From contig CAWFOU010000007.1 in the NCBI GenBank assembly GCA_963817525.1, forward strand, positions 768,001 through 832,000: a DNA stretch of 64,000 nucleotides, given 5' to 3'. Under the pieces are notes generated by a model. That model saw nothing but the letters and a program-made list of their open reading frames with translations. It ran no database searches and was not told the origin of the DNA. The DNA is from an uncultured archaeon. GTDB taxonomy: Archaea > Thermoproteota > Nitrososphaeria > Nitrososphaerales > Gagatemarchaeaceae. Positions 19,228 through 28,176 of the stretch are shown here, in pieces (the first letter of the stretch is position 1; each line of letters opens with the position of its first letter). The position numbers were made by a program, and so were the translations under genes.

Positions 19228-20750
19228 CATTCCACAGCATACTCTTCGAGGGGTCGGAGGACGAGACCCGGGGGCCGGGGACAGACCCCGACTACTTCGT
19301 CGACCTGAACCTCAATCAGATAGTGGACGCCATCATAGCGGGAAAGGAGGACTACGGCCTGCGCCCGTTCTTCCTCGCCCCGCTGAAGAGCGTAGACGCT
19401 ATCAAGTACCGCCACGAGGTGTTGCAGGACCTCGAGACCCCAGGCCTGCACGACGCGGCGGAGGCCTTCGCAAAGTCGATGGCCGCGATGCGGCGATTCA
19501 GGGGCATCTCCGACAGGGTCCTCAACAGGCAGGTCAAGCAAGGCTGGTTCCTGAACTCGGTGGAGGCGTACTGCGAGGGGGTGGAGCGCCTGGCGCGAGA
19601 CCTGGCCGCCCTGGGTCCAAAGTCTCGCGGCCTGTCGTCCTTCCAAGAGTACCTGAAGAAGTACGCCGAGTCGGCCGATTTCACTTCCCTTGTCGCCGAG
19701 ACCACGAAGATGAGGGCCGACCTTTCGGCTTCCAAGTACGCCGTGCTAATCAGAGGCAACCAGCTCTCCGTCCGCAAGTACGAGGGGGAGGAGCAGTACA
19801 GCGCCGCAGTGGAGAAGATCTTCGCGAAGTTCAAGCAGGGGGCGACTAAGGACTACCGCGTCCAGATCCCCGAGTTCTTGGACGTCAACCACATAGAGGA
19901 GGCGGCGCTCGAGTTCGTCGCCAAGATATACCCAGAGGTCTTCCTGAGCCTCGAGAGCTACTGCGCGAAGCACGCCGGGCACCTCGACAAGACCATCGCC
20001 ACCTTCGACCGCCAAGTCCAGTTCTACCTCTCGAGCCTAGACGTCGTGGCCAAGCTCAGGGAGACGGGGCTGCGCTTCTGCTACCCCGAGGTCTCCGAGA
20101 GCAAGGAGATCTCCAGCAGCGAGGGGTTCGACCTGGCGCTCGCCATCAAGCTCACGCGCGAAAAGGCGCCCGTCGTCACCAACGACTTTTACCTGAAGGG
20201 GAAGGAGCGGATATTCGTGGTGAACGGCCCCAACCAGGGCGGAAAGACGACCTTCGCCAGGGCCTTCGCGCAGACGCACTACCTGGCCAGCCTCGGCTGC
20301 CTCGTCCCCGGGAGGGAGGCGCAGCTCTTCTTGTTCGACAGGATTTTCACGCACTTTGAGCGCGAGGAGGACATCAACGACCTCAGGAGCAAGCTCGAGG
20401 ACGACCTGGTCAGGATCCATGCCATCCTGGACGCGTGCACGCCAAGGAGCATCATCGTCGTGAACGAGCTCTTCAGCTCAAGTGCCCTCCCCGACGCCGT
20501 CTTCCTTGGGAAGAAGGTCCTCGAGAGGGTGATAAAGCTGGACTCGCTCTGCATCTACGTCACATTCCTCGACGAGCTGTCCACCCTCGAGAAGACCGTG
20601 AGCCTCCTCAGCACGGTGAGGCCCGACAACCCCGAGGTCTGCACCTTTAAGATCGAGAGGCGGCCCGCCGACGGCCTCGCCTACGCCCAGTCGATTGCAA
20701 GGAAGTACAGGCTCTCGTACGAGAGCGTGAGGGAGCGGATAAAGCCATGA
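19224..20750 (+). CDS. MutS-related ATPase (MutS4-like), first of pair
   Basis: ATG at 19224 (MTFHSIL); GPNQGGKTT, FTHFERE, SKLEDDL, NELFSS. Confidence 0.88.
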   Translation: MTFHSILFEGSEDETRGPGTDPDYFVDLNLNQIVDAIIAGKEDYGLRPFFLAPLKSVDAIKYRHEVLQDLETPGLHDAAEAFAKSMAAMRRFRGISDRVLNRQVKQGWFLNSVEAYCEGVERLARDLAALGPKSRGLSSFQEYLKKYAESADFTSLVAETTKMRADLSASKYAVLIRGNQLSVRKYEGEEQYSAAVEKIFAKFKQGATKDYRVQIPEFLDVNHIEEAALEFVAKIYPEVFLSLESYCAKHAGHLDKTIATFDRQVQFYLSSLDVVAKLRETGLRFCYPEVSESKEISSSEGFDLALAIKLTREKAPVVTNDFYLKGKERIFVVNGPNQGGKTTFARAFAQTHYLASLGCLVPGREAQLFLFDRIFTHFEREEDINDLRSKLEDDLVRIHAILDACTPRSIIVVNELFSSSALPDAVFLGKKVLERVIKLDSLCIYVTFLDELSTLEKTVSLLSTVRPDNPEVCTFKIERRPADGLAYAQSIARKYRLSYESVRERIKP

Positions 20751-22285
20751 AGGTCTCCCTCATGCACAGGGACCGCAACTTCGACATGGCGCGGAAGCTC
20801 CCGCCCGGCGAGGTGGCGCTCACTCAAGACCTGGAGCTCAACGTCGTCCTGAACGCCATGGCGCGCGACGACAAGTTCCTCCACGAGGTCGCGAGGAGGG
20901 TCCTCCTTTCCAGCCTGGTCGACGTCGACGAGATACTCTACCGTCAGAGCGCGCTCAAGGACTGCATGAAGAACGCCGCCGAAGTCAGGGACCTCTACAG
21001 CGTCGCGGTGGAGACGACCACCGGCGAGAAGGGGATCTGGGGCTGGTACAACCCCTACAAGTCGACCGACCAGATCATGGGCAGGTCGGTGAAGGTCCTT
21101 TTGCTCTGCGTCGAGAAGCTCAAAGAGCTGAGGACCATCATCGACAAGAACGCAGGCAAGTTCGAGTCGGAAGGCTTCAGGGCGCTCTTCGCCATGCTCA
21201 AGGAGGAGCTCTCCGACCAATACCTCGCGAACGTCCAGAGGCTCCTCGAAGGCCTCGAGTCGGCAGACGGGACCCTGATCAGGGCCGAGCTGGGGGAGGG
21301 CAACAGAGGCGTCAACTACGCGCTTTGCAGGCAGCCGGAGAAGAAGCAGGGCAGGATGGGCAGGGTCTTCGGCACGGGCGAGCCCCGGTCGCTCACCTAC
21401 AGCGTCGACCCTCAGGACGACACCGGGACCGAGATGCTCTCGAAGCTCCGCGACAGGGGGATAAACGACGTCGCGAACACGCTCGCGCAGTCCTCAGACC
21501 ACGTCCTCGGGTTCTTCACCTCGCTGCGGACCGAGCTCGCCTTCTACGTCGGCTGCCTGAACCTGTACGACACGCTCGCCCAGAAGGGCGAGGCCACCTG
21601 CTTCCCCGTGCCCCTCGCGCGGGGAGGACGCTCGCAGGCCTTCGAGGGGCTGTACGACGCCTCCCTCGCGCTGAAGCTGGGGCAGAAGGTCGTGCCGAAC
21701 GACGCGGACGCCAAGGGGAAGGACCTGGTGATTATCACCGGCGCGAACAGGGGCGGCAAGTCGACCTTCCTGCGGAGCGTGGGCCTGGCGCTGCTGATGA
21801 TGCAGTCGGGCTCCTTCGTGGCGGCCAAGTCATTCTCCTCCGACGTGTGCACCGGCCTCTTCACCCACTTCAAGCGGGAGGAGGACGTGACCATGAGGAG
21901 CGGCAAGCTCGACGAGGAGCTGAAGAGGATGAGCGAGATAGTGGACCACCTGTCGCCGGACTGCGCCGTGCTCTTCAACGAGTCGTTCGCCGCGACGAAC
22001 GAGAGGGAGGGCTCGGAGATCTCGAGACAGATAGTCACCGCCCTGCTGGAGAGGCGGGTCAAGGTCCTCTTCGTCACCCACCAGTACGACTTTGCTGAGA
22101 GCTTCTACCAGAAGAATATGCCCAACGCCCTCTTCCTGCGGGCCGAGAGGAAGCAGGGAGGGGAGCGCACCTTCAAGGTGGTCCCAGGGGAGCCGCTGGA
22201 GACCAGCTACGGCGAGGACCTCTACGACCGCATATTCCTGGGGGCCGCCCCCAGCCCCGCCCCGGCGCCTCGTGTGACGACCTGA
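20747..22285 (+). CDS. MutS-related ATPase (MutS4-like), second of pair
   Basis: GANRGGKST, SGKLDEEL, NESFAATNEREG, FVTH; ATGA overlap with partner. Confidence 0.88.
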   Translation: MKVSLMHRDRNFDMARKLPPGEVALTQDLELNVVLNAMARDDKFLHEVARRVLLSSLVDVDEILYRQSALKDCMKNAAEVRDLYSVAVETTTGEKGIWGWYNPYKSTDQIMGRSVKVLLLCVEKLKELRTIIDKNAGKFESEGFRALFAMLKEELSDQYLANVQRLLEGLESADGTLIRAELGEGNRGVNYALCRQPEKKQGRMGRVFGTGEPRSLTYSVDPQDDTGTEMLSKLRDRGINDVANTLAQSSDHVLGFFTSLRTELAFYVGCLNLYDTLAQKGEATCFPVPLARGGRSQAFEGLYDASLALKLGQKVVPNDADAKGKDLVIITGANRGGKSTFLRSVGLALLMMQSGSFVAAKSFSSDVCTGLFTHFKREEDVTMRSGKLDEELKRMSEIVDHLSPDCAVLFNESFAATNEREGSEISRQIVTALLERRVKVLFVTHQYDFAESFYQKNMPNALFLRAERKQGGERTFKVVPGEPLETSYGEDLYDRIFLGAAPSPAPAPRVTT

Positions 22286-22354
22286 CCGCCCGAAATTCCC
22301 GCGACAACGTTAAGAGCGCGCGCGACTCCCACCCGGACGAGGAAAACGCCTCAG

Positions 22355-23056
22355 TTGTCAGATAGCCCGGGCCTGGGGAGGAGATGCGTCGCCGAGGTCC
22401 TCGGGACCTTCCTGTTCGTCTTCGTCGGGGCGGGCTCCGCCGTGGCCTCTCAGTATCTTGGCATCACTGATCCCGGGTCTGCGCTCCTGGTCGCCGCCTT
22501 CGCGAACGGGCTGGGTCTCGCGATTGGTATCTCGGTCACGATGGGCGTCTCTGGCGGTGCCCTCAATCCCGCGGTAACGATTGGCCTCCTGCTGGGTAGG
22601 AAGATGTCGGCCAGAGACGTGGTCCCATATATCATCGCGGAGCTCATCGGGGCCACCCTGGCGGGAGTCCTCCTGATGGCCTCGGCCCCCACTTCCGTCG
22701 GAGCGGCCGCCCACTGGGGAGCCCCGACCCTGTCCAGCGCCATCACGGTCGCCCAGGGGACCCTGCTCGAGCTCGTGATGACTTTCCTGCTGGTCCTGGC
22801 TGTCTACGGGACGATTGTCGACCCGCGCGCGCCGAAGATTGGAGGATTCGGGGTGGGCCTGATCGTGGTGGCGGACGTCCTGGTCGGCGGCCCCTTCACC
22901 GGCGCCGCGATGAACCCCGCGAGGGCGATGGGCCCGATGATAGCGAGCCTTTCCTTCCCGAGCTACTGGTACATCTACTGGATAGGGCCGATAATCGGAG
23001 CGGCGATCGCTGGGCTGGTCTACAGCAGGATCATAGAGAATCGGCACCAGAGCTGA
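22355..23056 (+). CDS. MIP-family aquaporin
   Basis: SGGALNPAV and AMNPAR NPA motifs. Confidence 0.95.
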   Translation: MSDSPGLGRRCVAEVLGTFLFVFVGAGSAVASQYLGITDPGSALLVAAFANGLGLAIGISVTMGVSGGALNPAVTIGLLLGRKMSARDVVPYIIAELIGATLAGVLLMASAPTSVGAAAHWGAPTLSSAITVAQGTLLELVMTFLLVLAVYGTIVDPRAPKIGGFGVGLIVVADVLVGGPFTGAAMNPARAMGPMIASLSFPSYWYIYWIGPIIGAAIAGLVYSRIIENRHQS

Positions 23057-23112
23057 CGATTATCAGGCCGACCTTCGAAAAGCTTAAGATTGAATCCGCC
23101 CCCCACAGCGGT

Positions 23113-23168
23113 CGGCGGTGGGGCTCGCCATAACCGCTCGCATTAGATTGTGAGCCAATAGCTCCTAC
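23113..23168 (+). ncRNA. Fluoride riboswitch (crcB motif)
   Basis: GGCGGTGGGGCTCGCCATAACCGCTC...GAGCCAATAGCTCCTAC; GGGGCT/AGCTCC pseudoknot; directly upstream of crcB. Confidence 0.9.
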
Positions 23169-23202
23169 AAGAACAACAAGAGCGAGCGGTGATGGGAACA
23201 AG

Positions 23203-23583
23203 ATGAGGCTGGACCTCCTGTACTTGTTAGCCGGGGCGGTTCTCGGCGTCCTGATTCGTTACTACGTCACGGGGGGCAACCTCTTCGTCGGAAGCCTTCC
23301 TGTCTCCGTCCTGATCGTCAACATCATCGGGAGCCTCATCCTTGGTGCGAGCGCCGCCGCGATCACCGGGCTGGGGCTGAGCCAGGACTACACACTCTTC
23401 ATAGGGATAGGGTTCTGCGGGACGCTCACGACGATGTCGACGTTTGCGTTCGAGAGCATGAACCTGGTTGGCGTGGGCGAGTTCGCCACCGCCGGGGCCT
23501 ACATCTTCCTGAACGTGGGATGCTCCTTCGGAGCCATCCTTTTAGGAAGGGCGATTGTGAATCTACTGATAGGCCTTGGCTAG
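23203..23583 (+). CDS. crcB: Fluoride channel FluC/CrcB
   Basis: GAVLGVLIRY, VNIIGS, GFCGTLTTMSTF. Confidence 0.95.
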   Translation: MRLDLLYLLAGAVLGVLIRYYVTGGNLFVGSLPVSVLIVNIIGSLILGASAAAITGLGLSQDYTLFIGIGFCGTLTTMSTFAFESMNLVGVGEFATAGAYIFLNVGCSFGAILLGRAIVNLLIGLG

Positions 23584-23920
23584 CGATAAGGACGAGGTGC
23601 CCCTCCCTCCCTCTAGGAAGATGGTGAGGCTTACCGTGATAGTCAAGGCGAAGGACTCGTTCAAGGGCAAGCCGGCGGTCGATGTCATCATCTCGCTCCT
23701 GCAGAAGGCGGGGATTTCGGGCGCGACCGTGACGCACGCGGCGAGGGGGTACGGGGCGCGGGGGGTTGCGAGGGCCGACGTCCTGGGGCTGTCCGTCAAC
23801 CTGCCGACGATAATCGAGACGGTCGCCGACAAGTCGGCGATTGACAAGGTCATCCCGGACGTTCACGAGATGATTGGGAGGAACGGACTGATAACGACGG
23901 AAGAAGTGAACGTCTACTAG
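23576..23920 (+). CDS. DUF190 (PII-like) protein
   Basis: GISGATV..AARGYG...LSVNLP..IE; usual crcB neighbour. Confidence 0.88.
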   Translation: MASDKDEVPLPPSRKMVRLTVIVKAKDSFKGKPAVDVIISLLQKAGISGATVTHAARGYGARGVARADVLGLSVNLPTIIETVADKSAIDKVIPDVHEMIGRNGLITTEEVNVY

Positions 23921-24120
23921 AAACCGTCACATTAGCGGCGAGGGAGCCTAAATAGCCAACCCAACAATTCTGTCGTGGACCCGCCCGATTTCACGCGGCT
24001 TAGCTCGGAAACGGCAGAGGTAGTCGGAGCGTCGACCATGACAAAGGCCCCCTCCTCGTCGACTGCGTTCTGCTTTCCGATGGCGTAAATAGCTTCGTCT
24101 CTCGCAGTTGTGTCTCTCAG

Positions 24121-24537
24121 CTAGTTTTCGGGCTCGTCAATTCGTTCGACCGTACCATCGAAGCCTATTGAGACTGAAGAGCGCGGGAGCTTGCCAACGC
24201 CTTTGTCCACGAGCCACCTCGAGTACTTGCTGGAGTGGTGCATGCTGCGAACGTGGCGCCTGAAAGTCTCAATCGACCTGGCCGAATGGCCGCACGTGCA
24301 AATGTTGAAACCATCGGGCATCTCGAGCGTCAACACTCCCATCATGATGCTGCAGGGAAGACATCTGACCTTGACTCCCTTTGAGTGAGACGGGGAATAT
24401 ATTATCATGCCCACGTCGAGGATCCTCTGGCAGGACCAGCATCTCATCACGCCGCCGTGTCGATGGATCATAGCGGAGGAGATGCGATAGCAGTGAGCTT
24501 CCTTAGGAATGCTCGCTGTGAAGAGAACCTCCTTCAT
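24121..24537 (-). CDS. Cys/His-rich putative zinc-finger protein
   Basis: CWSC, CLPC, CTCG...HVRSMH; lower GC. Confidence 0.6.
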   Translation of the reverse strand: MKEVLFTASIPKEAHCYRISSAMIHRHGGVMRCWSCQRILDVGMIIYSPSHSKGVKVRCLPCSIMMGVLTLEMPDGFNICTCGHSARSIETFRRHVRSMHHSSKYSRWLVDKGVGKLPRSSVSIGFDGTVERIDEPEN

Positions 24538-24768
24538 TCAGAACATCACACGAGATTTTCCACCGGTCGGCTCTGTTAGGACGTTGCCGGCGCCTGATCC
24601 ATCGAACTCTACCACGAGGGAACATCAGAAGATTTGCATTAGAAACCTCTGGTGCAAGCATCTATCAGCGTGTTCGCAGGATAGACTCTGCCCCGCTCTC
24701 TGCCCTCGGACACATCTCCTAACTATCGCCACCTGAACCAGTTTACGGGTGCCTCGCTCTAGCAAGAT

Positions 24769-24786
24769 TGGTAGCGAGGGGTGGAT
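24769..24786 (-). repeat. Orphan intronless 3' end of tRNA-iMet including CCA
   Basis: Minus strand ATCCACCCCTCGCTACCA equals the spliced 3' end of the tRNA at 25275-25395 plus CCA. Confidence 0.9.
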
Positions 24787-25309
24787 AAATATCATATCCA
24801 CTTATTTTGCAGTTGGGCACCAGAGAAGCTTGGTTCGCGGGCCTGATAGACGGGGAGGGTTGTTTCACTATCGGAATCTCGCACCAACACAAGAGAGCCC
24901 TAAAATTCAGCCTGATTTTTTCGATTTCAATGAAGAGTGGAGATTGGCAAAACGGCGCACAAGAATTGCTCAGGTTCCATGATATTCCCTTTCACACCCG
25001 GTGCCGGAAGAATCAATTCGAAATAACCGTGAGCGGCCATAAATCTGTGAAGAAATTAATTGCCGTTACCAAACGGTATCTGGTAGTGAAGAAACCAGTT
25101 GCCGAAGTCCTGGCCAGCTTTCCCGTCGCCCCTGCCAGGAATAGGTTCACCGGAGTCGATAAGCGTTATCTCCGAATTGTCTGTGAGAAAGTAGACCAGG
25201 TGAGATTCTTGAACAAGGGAAAAAACAGGAAGCACAAGTGGGATGGCAGACGAATCTGGATGTTTTATGATTAATAGCGAGGGGTGGAGTTTCAGAGGGA
25301 TATCCCTCC
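24787..25309 (+). mobile_element. Putative homing cassette: LAGLIDADG gene plus replacement intron-bearing tRNA-iMet 3' end
   Basis: AT-rich nuclease gene between two copies of the tRNA 3' end. Confidence 0.7.
24807..25274 (+). CDS. Free-standing single-motif LAGLIDADG homing endonuclease
   Basis: WFAGLIDGEGCF, YLVVKK; start may be TTG 24813; stop abuts tRNA 3' end. Confidence 0.92.
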   Translation: MQLGTREAWFAGLIDGEGCFTIGISHQHKRALKFSLIFSISMKSGDWQNGAQELLRFHDIPFHTRCRKNQFEITVSGHKSVKKLIAVTKRYLVVKKPVAEVLASFPVAPARNRFTGVDKRYLRIVCEKVDQVRFLNKGKNRKHKWDGRRIWMFYD

Positions 25310-25395
25310 TTTGAACCACCGCTCTGCGGGTTATGAGCCCGCCGGGATAACCTTGCCCCTTCGGTCGGGAGAAGGTCTGGCTTCCCCACCTCGCT
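25275..25395 (-). tRNA. tRNA-iMet(CAT) with two non-canonical BHB introns (D-loop 25352-25376; T-loop 59/60 25289-25309)
   Basis: Spliced AGCGAGGTGGGGAAGCCAGGTTATCCCGGCGGGCTCATAACCCGCAGAGCGGTGGTTCAAATCCACCCCTCGCTA; A1-U72 and GGG/CCC anticodon stem; T-loop BHB TTCA/TGAA with AAG and ACT bulges. Confidence 0.93.
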
Positions 25396-25467
25396 GAAAG
25401 AGGCGACGATTTCTGACCCTTATATCCTTCTCGCAGTCTTGGCGTTGTCAGGCTCGCGCGCTTCCGC

Positions 25468-26004
25468 TCACGGCTTGAGTATCATCGCTTCCGCGTCCCC
25501 GCCTACCGCCGCGTCGACGTCCTGCTTGAGCCGCCTGAGCCTCTGGACGTCGTGCCCCTTCTTGACGAAGCGCTTGACCTCCTCCTCGAAGGGCCTCGCC
25601 CTGTCCCCGTCGAGCATCTTGTCCGCGAAGCAGACGAGCTTCTGCTCGAGGGTCCTCGGGATGTAGTCCCCCGGCGGGAACCCCAGGGTCACCGCCTCCT
25701 CCGGCGAGATCCCCGCGCCTACGTGCCGCCTCACAATCTCCACGACGACCGGGTCGACGCCCTCCTTCTCCAATATCGCCGCGCCCACGTATCCGTGGCC
25801 CACGAGCTGGGTCCGGCTCCGCCCGATGTCGTGCAGCAGGGCTCCCGCGACCGCGGCCTCCCCGTTAACCAGGTTCCCGCGCTCGGCGGCCTTGTCAGAA
25901 AGCAGCCTCGAAATCCTGGCGCAGGCCTGGCAGTGGCCCACGACCCTTTCGTTGCTCCCGTACTTTTTGTGCAGCGCCAACGCCTGCCGCGCGTTGGGGA
26001 TCAT
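25468..26004 (-). CDS. HD-domain protein (TIGR00295-like)
   Basis: GH...ALLHDIGR...HG..RRHVGAG..CFADK. Confidence 0.9.
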   Translation of the reverse strand: MIPNARQALALHKKYGSNERVVGHCQACARISRLLSDKAAERGNLVNGEAAVAGALLHDIGRSRTQLVGHGYVGAAILEKEGVDPVVVEIVRRHVGAGISPEEAVTLGFPPGDYIPRTLEQKLVCFADKMLDGDRARPFEEEVKRFVKKGHDVQRLRRLKQDVDAAVGGDAEAMILKP

Positions 26005-26034
26005 TCGCTCACTTTCTTGGGAGGGGCAGGGCGG

Positions 26035-26550
26035 TCACTTTGCTATCGTGATGTCTTCTTCCAGCTGGTTGATCTTCCATTTCAGGGCCTCCTTCAGCTC
26101 CGTGTTGTCTATCCTGTTGAGGGGCCTCTGGCAGGTGGGGCACTTGAAGAAGGTCTCCATCGCCTCCTCGAAGGTGCGGGTGACGCAGGTGGGAGTCCCG
26201 CAGAAGTAGAACTCCCTGGTCTCCTCGTGCTCCAGGCGCTGCTTCAGCCTGTTGAGTATCTTCTTCTTCTGGGTCTGGATGAACCCGTCCGTCTGGTCGC
26301 GCTGGGCCTTCCACCTGTAGACGAACCAGCCCCTCTTGGGGTCCCTGACCCTGACGCCGGAGATTAGGCTCCTCCCGAAGAGGTCGTAGAGGGCCTTCCT
26401 CACGGTCTTTATCTTGAGCCCGGTCGCGGAGGCAATCTCCTCGTCCGTGGCGTTCTCGTTGTTGAGCAGAGCCCTGGCTACCCTCACATAGTCGGGGCCC
26501 CCAATTAGGCCCGCGACCTTCACGAAAGTGTCCTCGTACTCTATTTTCAC
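26035..26550 (-). CDS. tfe: Transcription factor E
   Basis: ATDEEIA...VRKALYDL, GWFVYRW, FKCPTC. Confidence 0.95.
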   Translation of the reverse strand: MKIEYEDTFVKVAGLIGGPDYVRVARALLNNENATDEEIASATGLKIKTVRKALYDLFGRSLISGVRVRDPKRGWFVYRWKAQRDQTDGFIQTQKKKILNRLKQRLEHEETREFYFCGTPTCVTRTFEEAMETFFKCPTCQRPLNRIDNTELKEALKWKINQLEEDITIAK

Positions 26551-27077
26551 GTTTTCTGTTCTACCCGTTTTCCTTTAGCAGAAGGGATTATCCTTAGCTT
26601 ATAATCGCCGAACACCTTCTTAAGCTCTTCCCCCTTTTGCAGGTCGTGGATGGTGATCGCGAGGGCCGCCACCTCCGAGTGGGGCTGCGAGGTCACCGCG
26701 ACGTTGTAGTCCGCCGTCCTGTAGACCTCCCCGGGCACCTTGGGCCCCCCGACTGCGATGAGGAGGCTGTCGCGCTTCCTCAGCTCGCCAATCTCGTCCT
26801 GGAGCGGCGACCCGTACATGGTCAGGTGGACTATCACCCTCCCCTCGGCCTTGGCCTCCTGGAAGACAGGCTTCCACTTCGCCTCGACCAGGGAAAAGTC
26901 CCCGCCCCAGGTCCGGTTGACCTCCGCCACGGTTTCCTGGAGCTCCTTCTCGACCTCCTCGAGGTAGATGGACTCCGCCCCCAGCGCCCTGGAGACCAGG
27001 CAGAGGTGGGTGAGGGTGCGGTAGTCGCGGACGTATCGGTGCCCGACCCTGACGACCCTGACGCTCTTCAGGCCCAA
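26547..27077 (-). CDS. trm56: tRNA (cytidine(56)-2'-O)-methyltransferase
   Basis: GHRYVRD.R..TH, VHLTMYG, QPHSEVAAL. Confidence 0.95.
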   Translation of the reverse strand: MGLKSVRVVRVGHRYVRDYRTLTHLCLVSRALGAESIYLEEVEKELQETVAEVNRTWGGDFSLVEAKWKPVFQEAKAEGRVIVHLTMYGSPLQDEIGELRKRDSLLIAVGGPKVPGEVYRTADYNVAVTSQPHSEVAALAITIHDLQKGEELKKVFGDYKLRIIPSAKGKRVEQKT

Positions 27078-27078
27078 C

Positions 27079-28176
27079 CTAGAGGGGCACCTTGCGCTCC
27101 AGCCCCTCCTCCTCGGCCACCTCGCTGAGCTTCAGGTCGGCGAGCCTCAGGAGGTTCTCCACCCCCTGCCCCGTCTTCGAGGAGACCTCCACGACGTCGA
27201 CCGGCCCCAGCTCCCTCTTCCTCTCCTCTATCAGCTCCGCTGGCGCGAGGTCGCACTTGTTGAGGACGAATATCGCCTTGGAGGGCTTCACCATCAGCTC
27301 CGTCAGGGCCTGGGCGGAGCTCTCGTAGCTCCGGATGAACTTCTCTTCGGACTGGCTGACGTCAAGGAGGAGGAAGACGGTGCTCGCGTACGAAATCTCC
27401 TCCAGCGTGGACTTGAACGACTCGACGAGGTACGCGGGGAGGTTGCTGATGAACCCGACCGTGTCCGTGAGGAGGGTCTTCCTGTCCCCGACCATCACCG
27501 CCCTCGTCGTGGGCGCGAGCGTGGTGAAGACCCCCGCGTCGACGCTCTTCGACTCGCCAGTGAGCAGGTTGAAGAGGCTGGTCTTCCCCGCCGCGGTGTA
27601 GCCCGCGAGGGCGATGGTCGGGAAGGCCAGCTTCCTCCGGTGCTCGCGGAAGATCTCCCTGCGCTTGGCCACGCCCTCGACCTTCTTCTTGAGCGTTGAG
27701 ATGCGGCTCTTCATCATCCTGGTGTACACGTCGGCCTCGTACTTGCCCAGGCCGAAGAACCCCGGCTGCTCGCGCTGCCTGGCCATGTTGACGCTCTCCC
27801 TCGCCCTGGGGAGCTCGTACTCGAGCTCCGCGAGCTGGACCTGCAGCTTGGCCTCCGCGGTGGAGGCCCTCATCGCGAATATCTCCAGGATGACCTTCTC
27901 CCTGTCCTTCACCTCCACCTTGCAGAGCTTGGCCAGCGCGTAGGCCTGCGAGGCCCTGAGGGCGGAGTCGAAGATGACCAGGTCGGCACCCTTCTCCTTC
28001 ACCTCCCCCGCCACCTCCTCGGCCTTGCCGCTTCCCACCCCGTACTTGGCGTGGTGGAGGAACCCCTGGGTCACGACGCCGACCGGCTCGTAGCCCGCGG
28101 CCTTGGCGAGGGCCTCCGCCTCCTCTATGGTGTCCCTATCGGGACGCGATACCAGCAGCGCCTTGTGGGTGCTCAG
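27079..28176 (-). CDS. hflX: GTPase HflX
   Basis: EAKLQVQLA, GYTAAGKTSLFN, DTVGF, NKCD; conserved N-terminus extends to a CTG at 28176 overlapping the mbf1 stop. Confidence 0.93.
   Translation of the reverse strand: MSTHKALLVSRPDRDTIEEAEALAKAAGYEPVGVVTQGFLHHAKYGVGSGKAEEVAGEVKEKGADLVIFDSALRASQAYALAKLCKVEVKDREKVILEIFAMRASTAEAKLQVQLAELEYELPRARESVNMARQREQPGFFGLGKYEADVYTRMMKSRISTLKKKVEGVAKRREIFREHRRKLAFPTIALAGYTAAGKTSLFNLLTGESKSVDAGVFTTLAPTTRAVMVGDRKTLLTDTVGFISNLPAYLVESFKSTLEEISYASTVFLLLDVSQSEEKFIRSYESSAQALTELMVKPSKAIFVLNKCDLAPAELIEERKRELGPVDVVEVSSKTGQGVENLLRLADLKLSEVAEEEGLERKVPL

Noticed and set aside
26547-26640. A/T-rich codons at trm56 3' end (also atpC 3' end)
   Set aside because: No nuclease or duplicate nearby; explained by initiation signals for the overlapping downstream gene.
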